Source: Octopus vulgaris (Eukaryota). Taken from it: a DNA stretch of 64,000 nucleotides. The translations under genes and the position numbers were made by a program. The stretch is from positions 37,882,001 through 37,946,000 of the forward strand of contig OX597824.1 of the NCBI GenBank assembly GCA_951406725.2, read 5' to 3'. Positions 43,084 to 54,885 of this stretch are shown piece by piece; within the stretch, counting starts at the first letter, position 1, and every line of letters begins with the position of its first letter. The notes under the pieces are model-generated. The model saw nothing but the letters and a program-made list of their open reading frames with translations, ran no database searches and was not told the DNA's origin.

Positions 43084-43390
43084 TAACCACTACGCCATAT
43101 GCCCATGGGCATATGGCGTAGTGGTTAAGAGCGCAGGCTACTAACCCCAAGATTCTGAGTTCGATTCCAGGTAGTGACCTAAATAATAATAATAACAACA
43201 ACAACAACAACATCGAAAAATACCTTAGGAATGGGAACCCAGTTTCAAAATTTCTCCAAGACACTTGATAAAGGCTGAAGGGTATATCAGCCAAAATGTG
43301 TTAACAGCAAACAAGATGAGGACAAATATCCGTCAATTGTAAATAATTTAAATAATGTACATAATTCCTCATCTCTTAAATATAGAACTG
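43084..43390 (+). mobile_element. tRNA-headed SINE with a 5' fold-back palindrome and an internal decayed hammerhead
   Basis: Perfect 44-bp palindrome 43084-43127; A box TGGCGTAGTGG (43114-43124); B box GAGTTCGATTCC (43157-43168); (AAT/AAC)n spacer; ACAC TTGATAA-A GGCTGA...TCAGCC AAAA T GTGT at 43261-43301. Inserted in the (TA)n middle of a family-B SINE. Confidence 0.75.
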
Positions 43391-43699
43391 TATATATATA
43401 TTTATATGTGTCTGCGTTTGACCCCACACACACACACCATCAACAACCGATGTTGGTGTATTTACATCCCTGAAACTTAGCGGTTCGGCAAAAATGACTG
43501 ATAGAATAAGTACTATGCTTACAAAGAATAAGTCCTGGTGTCAATTTCTTCGACTAAAGGTCGTGCTCCAGCATGGCCGCAGTCAAATGACTGAAACAAA
43601 AGAATATATGTGTGTGTGTGTTTCTTTTAATTTTGGTCCTCTTCCTCAGTTTTGTCCTTGTTGCATGGGTTTAACCTTTTCCTAATAAAACTACTTCAA

Positions 43700-45510
43700 G
43701 TCATCAAGGGACAGTCCCATGCTTCTCAATCAAGTTCTTTATGCCTTTTTCACTCACCTCCAGAAGAAGTTATCTAAATTGTCTAAATATGCAATTTTCT
43801 TGGCTACAGGCTCAGCCACAGAAGAGATAACATGTGGCTCCAACACTCTGCAAGAAGGGTTCAAGAACTTAAATAGAAAGTTCTCTCTTGAGGATTTAAC
43901 AGTTAAACATAGTTTGTGGAATGGTGTAATGCTTGTTCTGAAACTCTTTTAATATCAAATCAGCAAAGTCACTTCAAAGCCCTAAATAGATGCTTTGCAT
44001 ACTTTCTGCTAATGGATGGATTATGGCAGAGATTGGTAATTGGAAGGTAGGGTAATGGGGTTAGATAAAATCAAACATATACGACTGGCACCCATGGCAA
44101 CCTTCCTTCATTGGACACTAATGTTGGAGCGAGTGAAATCGAAATTGAACCAAATTCGATGACTACCACCTGAGCCAGTGGAGCACTAACAGCTCCATCC
44201 GAGCGGGACCACTGCCAGAGCAACTGTTTGGCTTCCGTACCGGTAGCATGTAAAAAGCACCATTTGAGCATGATCGTTACCAGCGTCACCTTACTGGCAC
44301 GTGAACAAAACGTTCAAGCGGTCATTGCCAGTGCTGCTGAACTGACTCCTGTGCAGGTGGCACGTAAAAAACACCATTTGAGCGTGCCCATTGCCTGTAC
44401 TGCCAAACTGGCCCTTGTGCCGGTGGCATGTAAAAGCATTCATTACACTCTTGGAGTGGTTGGCATTAGAAAGGGCATCCAGCTGCAGAAACTCTGCCAG
44501 ATCAGATGGGGCCTGGTGCAACCATCTGGTTCACCAGTCCTCAGTCAAATCGTCCAACCCATGCTAGCATGGAAAGTGGACATTAAATGATGATGATGAT
44601 GATATGGCATTTGATCCATGAGATTAGGATTAGGAAGGTATGGTGAAATACTGTCCCTAACAAGGACTTTCATAGGAAGACCCTTCTCTTTGAAATAGTT
44701 ACATAAACATTAATAAACAAACAGTAATCAAGTTCTTAGGAATCCGAGCCTTCTAAATTGCAAGCCCAGTAAACACCAAGCCTGTTCTTGTTTATATTCT
44801 TTAATGTGCCAGTGACACATAAAAGGCACCTGTGCCAGTGGCACATAAGAGATGCCCAGTACACTCTCTGGAGTGGTTGGCATTAAGAAGGGCATCCAGC
44901 TGTAGAAACCAAGCCAAAACAGATTGGAGCCTGGTGCAGCTCTCCAGCTTACCAATTCCAGTCAAGCCATTTAACCCATGCCAGCATGGAAAACAAATGC
45001 CAGATGATGATGATGATGATGATGATAAAACCCAGAGGTTTACTTCAAATACCTGATGGTTTGGTACAGAAAAAGTAATATTACGCTATCCTTCACTGGC
45101 AAATGTCCTGACAATCAGGTTTCTTCCTCTGTGATGTAAATCTTCAAAGACATTTTTCAAAATAAGCTAATCTCATCACAAAAAAAAAAAATAATAAACT
45201 GTGGACAACAGAAATGACTCTTCTTCAGAAGCTTGTGATATTTTTCTGCAGTGACTTTGCCTAATTTGGGAGCTTTGCTGCCTCACAATCCTGTCAATAC
45301 CCAAACAATTGTTTAAAAGATTCAAACCAACTCATGCTTCATTAAATTCTGTAGACTTTACATCCCTATCATCACAGATACTAAGAGTATCTCTCACAAG
45401 GGGCTTGAAAGGAAAATTAGCTTTTCTTCCAAGTAAATACTTCACTCACTCAATCACCATGAAATTAAGTTTCTTTAATCCAAACTCTTAACTAATTTTC
45501 CATCTCATCA
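43700..45510 (-). mobile_element. Tigger/pogo transposase fossil, split by later insertions
   Basis: 45030-45510: CDEISLF*KMSLKIYITEEET..GHLPVKDSVILLFC, compare CDETGLFWKKMP.RTYI..EE...GHKP.KDRLTLL.C. 43700-44050: KYAKHLFR...LILKEFQNKH remnant. Confidence 0.65.
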
Positions 45511-46089
45511 GTAAACAAGGCATTGATATTATTAAGTTTGCAGAAGGTGATGAAGTGACAGAATTGTTAGCATGCTGGACAAAATGCTTAGCAGCATTCT
45601 GTCCATCTTTACATTCTGAGTTCAAATTCCAACAAGGTTGACTTTGCAATTCATCCTTTTGGGGTTGATAAAATAAGTACCAGTTGAACAATGGACTTAT
45701 CTAATCGACTTATTCCTGCCCCCGAAATTGCTGGCCTTGTGCCAAAATTTGAAATTATTACTAAGTTAGCACATAATTTTGGCCACCAAGATACTTAACT
45801 TTTTTTTTACCCCACAAAATCTCAAAATTCGACCAATCTCTGTTCCATGCTATGATCACTTAAAAAGATGCTACTTTCTCTCTAAAAATCAATCTTTTTA
45901 TTGTTCTTTTGTGAAGGTTTTTACCTTTGGTGTGGTGAATTATGAAAAAAGTATATCACAGCAACAATGATTTTCATAAACTGTCCCTTGAAAATGATTC
46001 CACAAATTTTGTCACAAATTAAATTAAGCCTCAATGATAGCAAAATTGGAGGGAATGCATGGTAAATTGCCGTTTTTTTTTTTTTTGTA

Positions 46090-46475
46090 CAGGAGTGGCT
46101 GTGTGGTAAGTAGCTTGCTAACCAATCACATGGTTCCGGGTTCAGTCCCACTGCGTGGCATCTTGGGCAAGTGTCTTCTGCTATAGCCCCGGGCCGACCA
46201 AAGCCTTGCGAGTGGATTTGGTAGACGGAAACTGAAAGAAGCCTGTCGTATATATATGTATATATATGTGTGTGTGTCTGTGTTTGTCCCTCTAGCATTG
46301 CTTGACAACCGATGCTGGTGTGTTTACGTCCCCGTCACTTAGCGGTTCGGCAAAAGAGACCGATAAAATAAGTACTGGGCTTACAAAGAATAAGTCCCGG
46401 GGTCGATTTGCTCGATTAAAGGCGGTGCTCCAGCATGGCCGCAGTCAAATGACTGAAACAAGTAAACGAGTAAGA
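46090..46475 (+). mobile_element. tRNA-derived SINE, family B (GGAGTGGCTGTGTGGTAAG... head, internal (TA)n/(TG)n, GAGTAAAA tail)
   Basis: Near-identical copies at about 9040-9190(-), 15370-15530, 15680-15950, 23180-23470, 25760-26080(-), 26500-26860, 28403-29012(-), 33000-33410(-), 37010-37200(-), 42915-43605 (interrupted), 50948-51345, 59588-59720, 62800-63200(-). Confidence 0.9.
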
Positions 46476-46649
46476 TGAAATGACAATTCTCCTAGTGATT
46501 GTTTAAACCACACACAAACAAACACAAATGTGTATGTATGTCACTTCTATTTTTTAATTATTATAAATCTTCCACTGAAGAGGGAGCCGGTTTTCAACAA
46601 AGATACAAGGCTCCATCTTTGGGATGTAGTTAATACAGACAAATTCACT

Positions 46650-46995
46650 TTTGGAACTTGAGAAAAGTCTTGCAAATCTTTTCAATGTTCCACTCACAGA
46701 TTGGACTTATACGAATCAGCCGGTCAATTCCTCTTTCTGAAAATCCCAGCTTATCCAGATTCTCCTGCATTCATACATGCATAAAGGAGAATCTATTAAC
46801 TGTATTGAAGGCTTTTTTCAGATCGACAAAAAAACCTGATATAAATCCAGACCCTGTTCCACACACTTCTCCTGAAGCTGTCTAGCTGAGAAGATCACAT
46901 CAGCAGTGCTGCATGCCATGCGAAAGCCAAATTGACTTTCTGGAAGAACATAATGTGCAATGTGCTTCAGCAGACGATCCAGAAGTACTTTGCAT
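46650..46995 (-). mobile_element. RTE-clade reverse transcriptase fragment
   Basis: KVLLDRLLKHIAHYVLPESQFGFRMACSTADVIFSARQLQEKCVEQ...FVDLKKAFNTVNR. Confidence 0.85.
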
Positions 46996-47413
46996 GCAAA
47001 TGTGTATCTTATGTATGCAGTGCGTTTTTATTTTTTCGTTCACTTTCGGTTTGACATTTAATTAAAACAATATGAACAAAGGGAAATAATTCAGCTTTCT
47101 TTACACTTCCACACACAAAATTCGCCTGAGAGGACTCCGAGCTTAACCCTACAATACATTAGATTATGTTAATTTTGTACAGAAATCATGTGTTGGCAGG
47201 ATCTTATTTGTTACCATGATTTTGTTTGCTGTTCATTACCAAAGGATCTGTGTATTTGCATTTAATAAAAAGTACACAAACTCGATGTACTTTTACGCCA
47301 GCCAGCCAGCGTACGAACAAGTCAATGAGGAGGATACCAGTATGTGGTCACTAGACCTTCTATAAACAGCAGCCTATTTCTCTTTCAAATCATACCCTAC
47401 CAATTTAAAGATG

Positions 47414-47584
47414 GGCGTAACTTCGGTATAAGTACCGGATACATTTCAAGAAAGTGTTTTTTTTTTATATATATGGAGGGTTAGGGTTAGGGTTTGTGTC
47501 AGGGTTAGGGGTGGGAGAAAAGAGATTCTGTTATCTTCAGAAATGTAAACAAAGTCACGTGTGTACTTATACCGAAGGATCGCC
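47414..47584. mobile_element. MITE with GG...CC termini and 8-bp TSD (Merlin-like), containing TTAGGG repeats
   Basis: TIRs GGCGTAACTTCGGTATAAGTAC / GTACTTATACCGAAGGATCGCC; perfect TSD TAAAGATG at 47406-47413 and 47585-47592; internal GGGTTAGGGTTAGGG...GGGTTAGGGG. Confidence 0.8.
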
Positions 47585-49027
47585 TAAAGATGATAGGATA
47601 CATTGAATAATGTTATCTTAAACTTGTCAAAGATGGAATGCTTTTAGTCACAGGCTCGCACGATCGAAGTTTAACTGGAGTTGAATAACAGCGACCTATC
47701 GACAGATAACAGAGCTTCTACACCGTCGCTCGACTGGCTAGAAATAATAGCCAAATCATGCTACTGTCTTTAAAAGGAGGGAATGTAGTCTAAAATCCGT
47801 CTAAATGGTAACATAACAGCTCCAGGGTCTTGGAGGTTTGTTTAGTAATTATTGGTCTAGAGCTAAACAACAATAAAATCGTACAGCACTATGTCCTACT
47901 GAGAGTGCATTATCTTTGTGGTTAGGGGTGCTAGTTTCATAAATATCAAGGTCGTAGGTTCGATTCCTGCACCGGGCGGTGCGTTGCCTTTGAACAACTA
48001 ACATGATTGCCTCCCTTTACCAACAGAATACAATTCGTTTTTCTCTTTTTCATTTTACTATGTATTTTTTTCTCTTGTAAATACATTTTTTTGAAAATAT
48101 ATTCTTTAATTTGAAATGACATAATATTTTTTATAAGATGTTGTAGTTTATCTCTCTACATTAAGCTTTCCCTCCGTCAAGTTATAAAACCAGAGAAACT
48201 ATTTCCCAATCCACTTTTTAGAATGTTTTGTTGACAACCAGATCGAACAGTACTAAAAAGTATTCCAGCCGTGACCAGCACCTCTTATTTTTAGGTGTGT
48301 GTGTGAGAGAGAGAGAGAGAGAGATCTTTTGCTTGAGGGACAGAAATGCGGGATTGAAAACAAAATAAAACGACCGGGTGATGTAGAAACATGCTAATTC
48401 TATTTCACCTTGGCTGATCACATTATCCAATATATACTTTCCTAATTACTGTAAGGTATGATTTGGCTGCTATTATTAGCAGGCAGGTGGACCGTGGAGA
48501 AATTCCCTCTAAACAGGTTTTTTAAGATTTTCATTTATGTTGTGCGTTTTGTGTCAGCCACTTCTTTAAATGTACTTTGAATAATGTCAAGTATATGCGT
48601 GTATATGTATGTATGTATATGTGTGTGTATGTATGTGTTCACTTCAAACTTTACAGTCTTTGACATAATCTCAGTTCAAGTCGTTCCAGTTCTGCTTGGT
48701 TGTCCTTCAATACTCAACGTGTAACAATAACATTTATTTTTCTCCTTTAATTAAACCACAAGTAGTTAATTGCTGCTAATTGAAGGTACCCTCCCATAAA
48801 GAAGAGAGGACTGACACAAAAAAAAATCATTTATATGTTTAAAGCTATTCAAACCGAAATACTGACAACAAAATTGTTGTTAACATTGATGAGACTTATG
48901 AAAATTATCGTATACAGTGCTCAGGTGCACCACATCTGATTATTAAGATTTCTAGTAAAAAGGTTTTAATCATCTTATTCCAGTCTTGAAAATAAATAAA
49001 ATTAAAAATCAAAGACTTTTCCCTTAC

Positions 49028-49117
49028 CTTTTGTTGTTTTAGGAATCGTTTAAATTGATTATTTCGAGAAATAATAAGAAAATCACCTCCAGAAAATCTC
49101 CGACAAATCGCTAACAT
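49028..49117 (-). CDS. COA8: COA8/APOPT1 exon 1 (putative mitochondrial targeting peptide)
   Basis: MLAICRRFSGGDFLIISRNNQFKRFLKQQK then a strong donor AAG|gtaagg; Arg/Lys-rich and nearly acid-free; phase 0 joins exon 2; lies in a CpG-retaining region. No sequence homology supports this exon. Confidence 0.75.
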
Positions 49118-49210
49118 TTTACCATTTTGAAAGTCGCTGAAACGAAGTTGGTCGATTAGAAAACATAATAATCACTTCAAAAGACGGAGTTTCGGAATAA
49201 TTATTTCTGT

Positions 49211-49367
49211 CTCATGGGGAAGGAAAACAAGTAGTGAATTGATGGAGTAAAATTGAAAATTTAGAGGTAAAGTTATAAATTCCGTTGAATGAAATAGAAA
49301 CAGAAAGATACAAAAATGAAGGGGAGAAAAAAATACTCAATTTCTCGGTGTTTTCCTTCCCCATGAG
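49211..49367. mobile_element. Small MITE-like element just upstream of COA8
   Basis: Inverted repeats CTCATGGGGAAGGAAAACA / TGTTTTCCTTCCCCATGAG. Confidence 0.55.
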
Positions 49368-51113
49368 GGTGAGATGATAGGAGTTACCAAACACCGCCTT
49401 TTGAAATAGAGTGTTGGTATTATTGATCTGAATGATTAATTGATTGACAGACAGATAGATAGATAGATAGATAGCGGCAGATTTGTCCATTTCTCTTTGG
49501 TTGTTGCATTTTGAACACCGAGGTCGCAATTTTGACCGCTACGGCCATCCACCACCCAGCTAAAAGAAATTTTCGTTTCCCCCATCTTTATATTTTTTTC
49601 TCTAGGATTCCACCTGAGAAATACTGAAATTATTTTTCTGGAAAAAATTATACTTTACAAAATTTCAATTTTTCTTCAAATCGCCCCCTACTTCTCTGCC
49701 GGCATTCGGAAATAACCCAGCCCGCAACGTCTACCAGATGTTTTCTAACTCGTTCTCACATGCGTGCATTGCTGGTGAACCAACGGAAGAAACGAAAGAA
49801 GCCTCTATGTGGTCGTTCATTGTGTTAGAAATAACAGCTAAATCCATAAATAATTTTTTTCTCCAAATTTCTATTTCCCAAGTCACATCTTTGATCAGTT
49901 TTCAGAATATAAAAACCCGCCCCACAGATGTACGGAATGTATCGGCACAGTTCTTCCTATTCCCCAGCGAAATATTAAGTTTCTTTTTCTTTTTCCTCCT
50001 CACCTTTTTTTATTAACGAGTAGGCAAAATAATGTCTCCATCAATATAATTCATTTCTTTCTCATGGTACTGGTCGAGTTTAAAAATTCCAAATCATCTT
50101 CATTCATTGAAACGTGACAATTTGTTCGCCGAATTGGCAATCGGTACATGCTACCCTATATGAAGTGGCTATCCTTCCTAAGGGAGGCACATGGCCTAGT
50201 GGCTAGAGCAGCGGAATTGCAGTCGAGAGATCGCGGGTTCGAATCTCAGACTGGACGATGTGAGTGTTTATGAGCAAAACACTTAAGTTCCACGTGATTC
50301 TGGTAGATGGTAATGGCGAATGTCTGCTGACTCTTTCACCACAACTTTCTCTCACTCTTTCATCCTGCATCCAGCAGCTCAACTGGGACGGACTGGCGTC
50401 CTGTCCAGGTAGGGAACCTAAACTCCAATGAAACTGGCCCTTATGAGCCAGGCATGTCTCAAGAAGGAACAAACAACATCCTTCCTGCAAGTAAAACTGT
50501 ATTAGCTCTTTATCAACCTGTAGCTGCTATCACACCCGTTTTCCCACCTGGCTGTAATGAAATTTCAATTTACTGGCATGGTTCTCTGACTCTTGCTATA
50601 TAATGTAGAATCATGATATAATGTGGAATCGTAATCTCCATAATTTTTCCATGTAGGATTCTTAAAAAAAGAGTTTGGGGTTGAGATAACATTTTGTAAA
50701 GTGTTTTGGGACTGTCACTGGAAAAGGTTGCGATTTTTTATAAAACTTATTAAACACACACACAAAACACTGTCATTGCTATGAACGATAAAATATCGAG
50801 AAACTTTAATCCTTTAGAATTCACTTTATTCTATCAAATGTAATGCTTATTTATTAACATTATTTCAAATTAATCATGTATTATCTTGTGGCTTCAAGAT
50901 TTCAAAGATGCAGTTGTATATCTTTAGAATGACATTGTATAGTACGCATGAGTGGCTGTGTGGTAAGTAGCTTGCTAGCCAACCACATGGTTCCGGGTTC
51001 AGTCCCACTGCATGGCATCTTGGGCAAGTGTCTTCTGCTATAGCCCCGGGCCGACCAATGCCTTGTGAGTGGATTTGGAAGACGGAAACTGAAAGAAGCC
51101 TGTCGTATATATG

Positions 51114-51148
<35 letters not shown>

Positions 51149-51439
51149 TTGTTCCCCTAGCATTGCTTGACAACCGATGCTGGTGTGTTTACATCCCCGT
51201 CACTTAGCAGTTCGGCAAAAAGAGACCGATAGAATAAGTACTGGGCTTACAGAAAGAATAAGTCCCGGGGTCGAGTTGCTCGACTAAAGGCGGTGCTCCA
51301 GCATGGCCGTAGTCAAATGACTGAAACAAGTAAAAGAGTAAAGAGAGTATGAGAAACTGGATCTGATTGGTTTGAACATAAAACATAAAATGTTTGAGCC
51401 AGATATGGCCAGTTTAAATGCTAAAGGATTGAATGTCAT

Positions 51440-53520
51440 TCCCGCTACAGTACAAAATCATTATTTCCGATATTGTAAACAGGAATCCTTAGAGATTTCT
51501 TTGAAAAAAGCGAGTGTGTATTCGACATGCCTAGTACTGTGGATGACAGTGTGTCGGTGTGGCGGCAGATGGCAAAAGAATTCCCTGGTTAACCAAGAGG
51601 TTAAAAATGCCTTCTAAACAAAGAAAGTGACTTACAAAGTTTGTCATAGAAGCAAGTTTCCTTTTTTGTGTAAGCAGGATAAGTTGTAGCAGAGAGTAAA
51701 AGCACCTAAGGCTAAGGGAAGACTCTGGAGTCAAGCTGGGCTCTGGCTTTAAATTGGCCAATTAAGTATTCTGGTAGATCATCTGCCAATTTTGTAACAA
51801 GAAGCTCTCTTCCATACTTGCCATTAAGAACTTAGCTGGGTTCTTCTCTCTACAACGAAGAGTATCTTTGGGAAGTGGAGAGAATATTTTGCTGATCTCC
51901 TAAATCCAGTCACATTAAAATCTGGTGGACTCAAGGTGCTGTCTAGTAAGTAAAGACTAACCTCAGTATGACTGAAGTCATAAAGGTGATTAAAGCCCTC
52001 AAGTGTAGCAAGGCCACTGAAGAAAATGAAATTCGACCCGAGATGTTAAAAGATTTAAATAGAAATATTTTCTAGCTGCTTCATGTATGCCAAGTGGCTT
52101 GGACGTCTGGAAAGACACTAAAGCAATGGCAATCCATGGTAATAGTCTCAATTTTTAAAAAGGGAGATGAGAGAGTACTTTAATCATAAAGGAGGCTTCT
52201 TGCTGAGCCTTCCTGGTGAAGTACATGCTAGGTATCTGGAAAAGAGATATAGGGAAACTGTCAAGTTCAAGCTTGCTGAAGAACAATGTAGCTTCCATCT
52301 TGGATGCAATACAACCAACCACATACCCATTTTATGATAGGACTTTGAGAAATTGTGGGAATATTGCCAAGAAGTATACACTTGCTTTGTAGACTTTAAA
52401 AGGTCATATGACTGCATATTGCTGAGAGTTTTGCAGGAGTTTGGGACTAATGGGCAACTTCATGTTCCCATAAAGTCCCTAAGCAAATGCCCAGATATTT
52501 GTGTTTGGGTAAATGGTGCCAAGTTGAAACTTTTCAATGTGGATATTGGACTTCACCAGGGTTGTATATTGTTACCTTTCCTTTTTGTAAATTTTATGAA
52601 TTAGATTGACAGTATTATTAGTATCCTGAATATGCCCTCTTCTCTTGTTGTTTCTACAGCCAAAGGTTTTATTGGAGTTGGCACTACAGTATACATGATT
52701 GCAATATGATACCTATATGGCAGAGGAAAGACCCTACCAAAGATCTGGAAGAAGATCTTGGGGATGTTAGTTTTCACACAACCAGAGAAAAGTAGGCCGT
52801 ACCATATTACATGTTTTTGTCTCCATTTTGTTTCACTACAGGTGTGTGTATTTCTCTCAGGATTGTCATGTGCCCTTGTTTTGCTTCTGGTATGGTTTGA
52901 TTCAGTATTCCAGGTTGATCTAGATTTGGTCCCAGAGTTACACTAGCCTTACCACTCCTAAAGTTTGTAGTGCCTATAGGCATGGCTGGTTATCCTTGTG
53001 GGGTTCATGTTATCCTCAGGGCAAATGGAGCCATAATAGTCCTTAGGGGAATCCCTCAAGTACCCCCATGAGATATGGCAGCACCCAGAAGGTGCAAGTT
53101 TTGCTAAACATCATGCTTGTATTCACATTACTTCTGTTTTCCTTCAGGACTTAAAGCTTGAAAGAAATGAAGCTAGCATGCTCTGCTGGATGAGTAATGT
53201 CAATTTGCATGTAAGTCAGAGTGTAAATGTGTTGATAGAAAAAAGAAACTGAACAAAAGAAGCATCAAATGTAGTGTGTGAGAGAGAGAAGACCACATTG
53301 TCATGGGCATGTAATGCACATGAATGAGGACAGATGCATGAAGTAGTGTTATTCATTAAATGTGGATGGATTCTGCAGAAGAAGGAAACCCAGGAAGATG
53401 TGGGACAAAGTAGTAAAAAATTATCTTTAGATGTTGAACTTCACTGAAGAGACAACTAAGGATTTAGATTATTGGCAATTTGCTGTGCTTGAGAAAACCT
53501 GTCCATCTGAATAAAGATGA
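51440..53520 (+). mobile_element. RTE-like LINE fossil, interrupted
   Basis: EIRPEMLK, FLLSLPGEVHARYLEKR, YTCFVDFKRSYD and GLHQGCILLPFLF (51780-52610); C-terminal EASMLCWMSNV... region at 53150-53520. Confidence 0.8.
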
Positions 53521-54885
53521 GGTTCAAAATAAGGTGGCGAGCTGGCAGAAATGTTAGCATGCCAGTCGAAATGCGTAGCCATATTTCATCTGCCGTTGTG
53601 TTCTGAGTTCAAATTCCGCCGAGGTTGACTTTGCCTTTCATCCTTTCGGGGTCGATAAATTAAGTACCAGTTACGCACTGGGGTCGATGTAATCAACTTA
53701 ATCCGTTTGTCCCCTCTGTGTTTAGCCCCTTGTGGGTAGTAAAGAAAAAAAAATGAGGTTCAAAAAGCATGTTGTTCATGTCTATTCCCCTCTCCCTCGC
53801 AACTCATTTCCTAACACCCTCCACCTGTGTTTACCACCTGCTGTATTCCCTTCCCCTTTGTCTTCCACTCTCATGAACTCACCTGCTCACAGTTTGTACC
53901 TGATGAATCTCTCTCCCTCACAACTCATCTTTCTAACACCCCTCCCTCTATCTGTGTTCACAATCTTTCTCTTTCTTGTACTTTCATGAACTTTCCTGCC
54001 TTCTCTCCCTATTCAATCCTCTGTACCCCTCCCTGTAACTTGAGGATGCATCCCAACATATTTTCAATATCTTCTCCCTCCCTCTCTCTCTCTCTGTCTC
54101 TCTCTCTCCCTCCTCTCTCTCACTCCTTTTCCTTTTCCAACTGAGGTAGCTATGTATCCCCTCTACTACAAAACTCTATTTCTTTCCCCTCAATCACACT
54201 TTAACCTCTCTTCACCTCCCTCAATACTATTTACCCACAGTTGAAGAATCATGCCTTGCAAGTTACTTGGTGATCTCACTTAAAAAGCATCCGGTACACT
54301 CAGTAAGGTGATTGGCATTAGAAAAGGGATTCCACCTGTTGAAACTAGCACTGGCTCACCTGTTCCCGTTAAACTGTCCAACCCATACCAGCAAGGAAAA
54401 TGGATGTTAAATGATGATAATGATGATGATGATGATGATAATGAATAAACTTAATGCTTGGTAAACTTACATCTATATGAATAGGCATGTATCATCATCA
54501 TCTTCATCATCATCAACATTTTATGTCTGTTTTCTATGCTGGCATGAGTTGGACAGCTTGACAGGAACTGACCAGGTTAAGGGTCACACCAGGTTCCATA
54601 GTTTGTCTCAGTTTTGTTGCTACAGCTGGATGCCCTTCATAAAACCAACCACTTTACAGAGGGTACTGGGTGCTTTGTACATGGCACCATAACCAGTGCT
54701 TTTTGCGTGGAACCAGCAACAGTATTTTTCACATGGCACCAGCACCCACACCAATGCTTTTTACATGGCACTTTGGTTTTAGGATACCAATTCTGTTGCG
54801 GTGTGCAGGTCTTCTTGAGTTGTGCAATACACATCTTGGTCCTTTGTTATCTTCATCATAAGGCTCAGCATTTTGAGACTGGCCT

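Noticed and set aside
43107-43179. Possible tRNA gene (also 18050-18125 and 50183-50255)
   Set aside because: The acceptor and T stems do not pair properly and each is followed by a repeat body; these are SINE heads.
47478-47515. Telomere or chromosome-fusion site
   Set aside because: Only 3-4 TTAGGG units, enclosed by TIRs and a TSD of a MITE.
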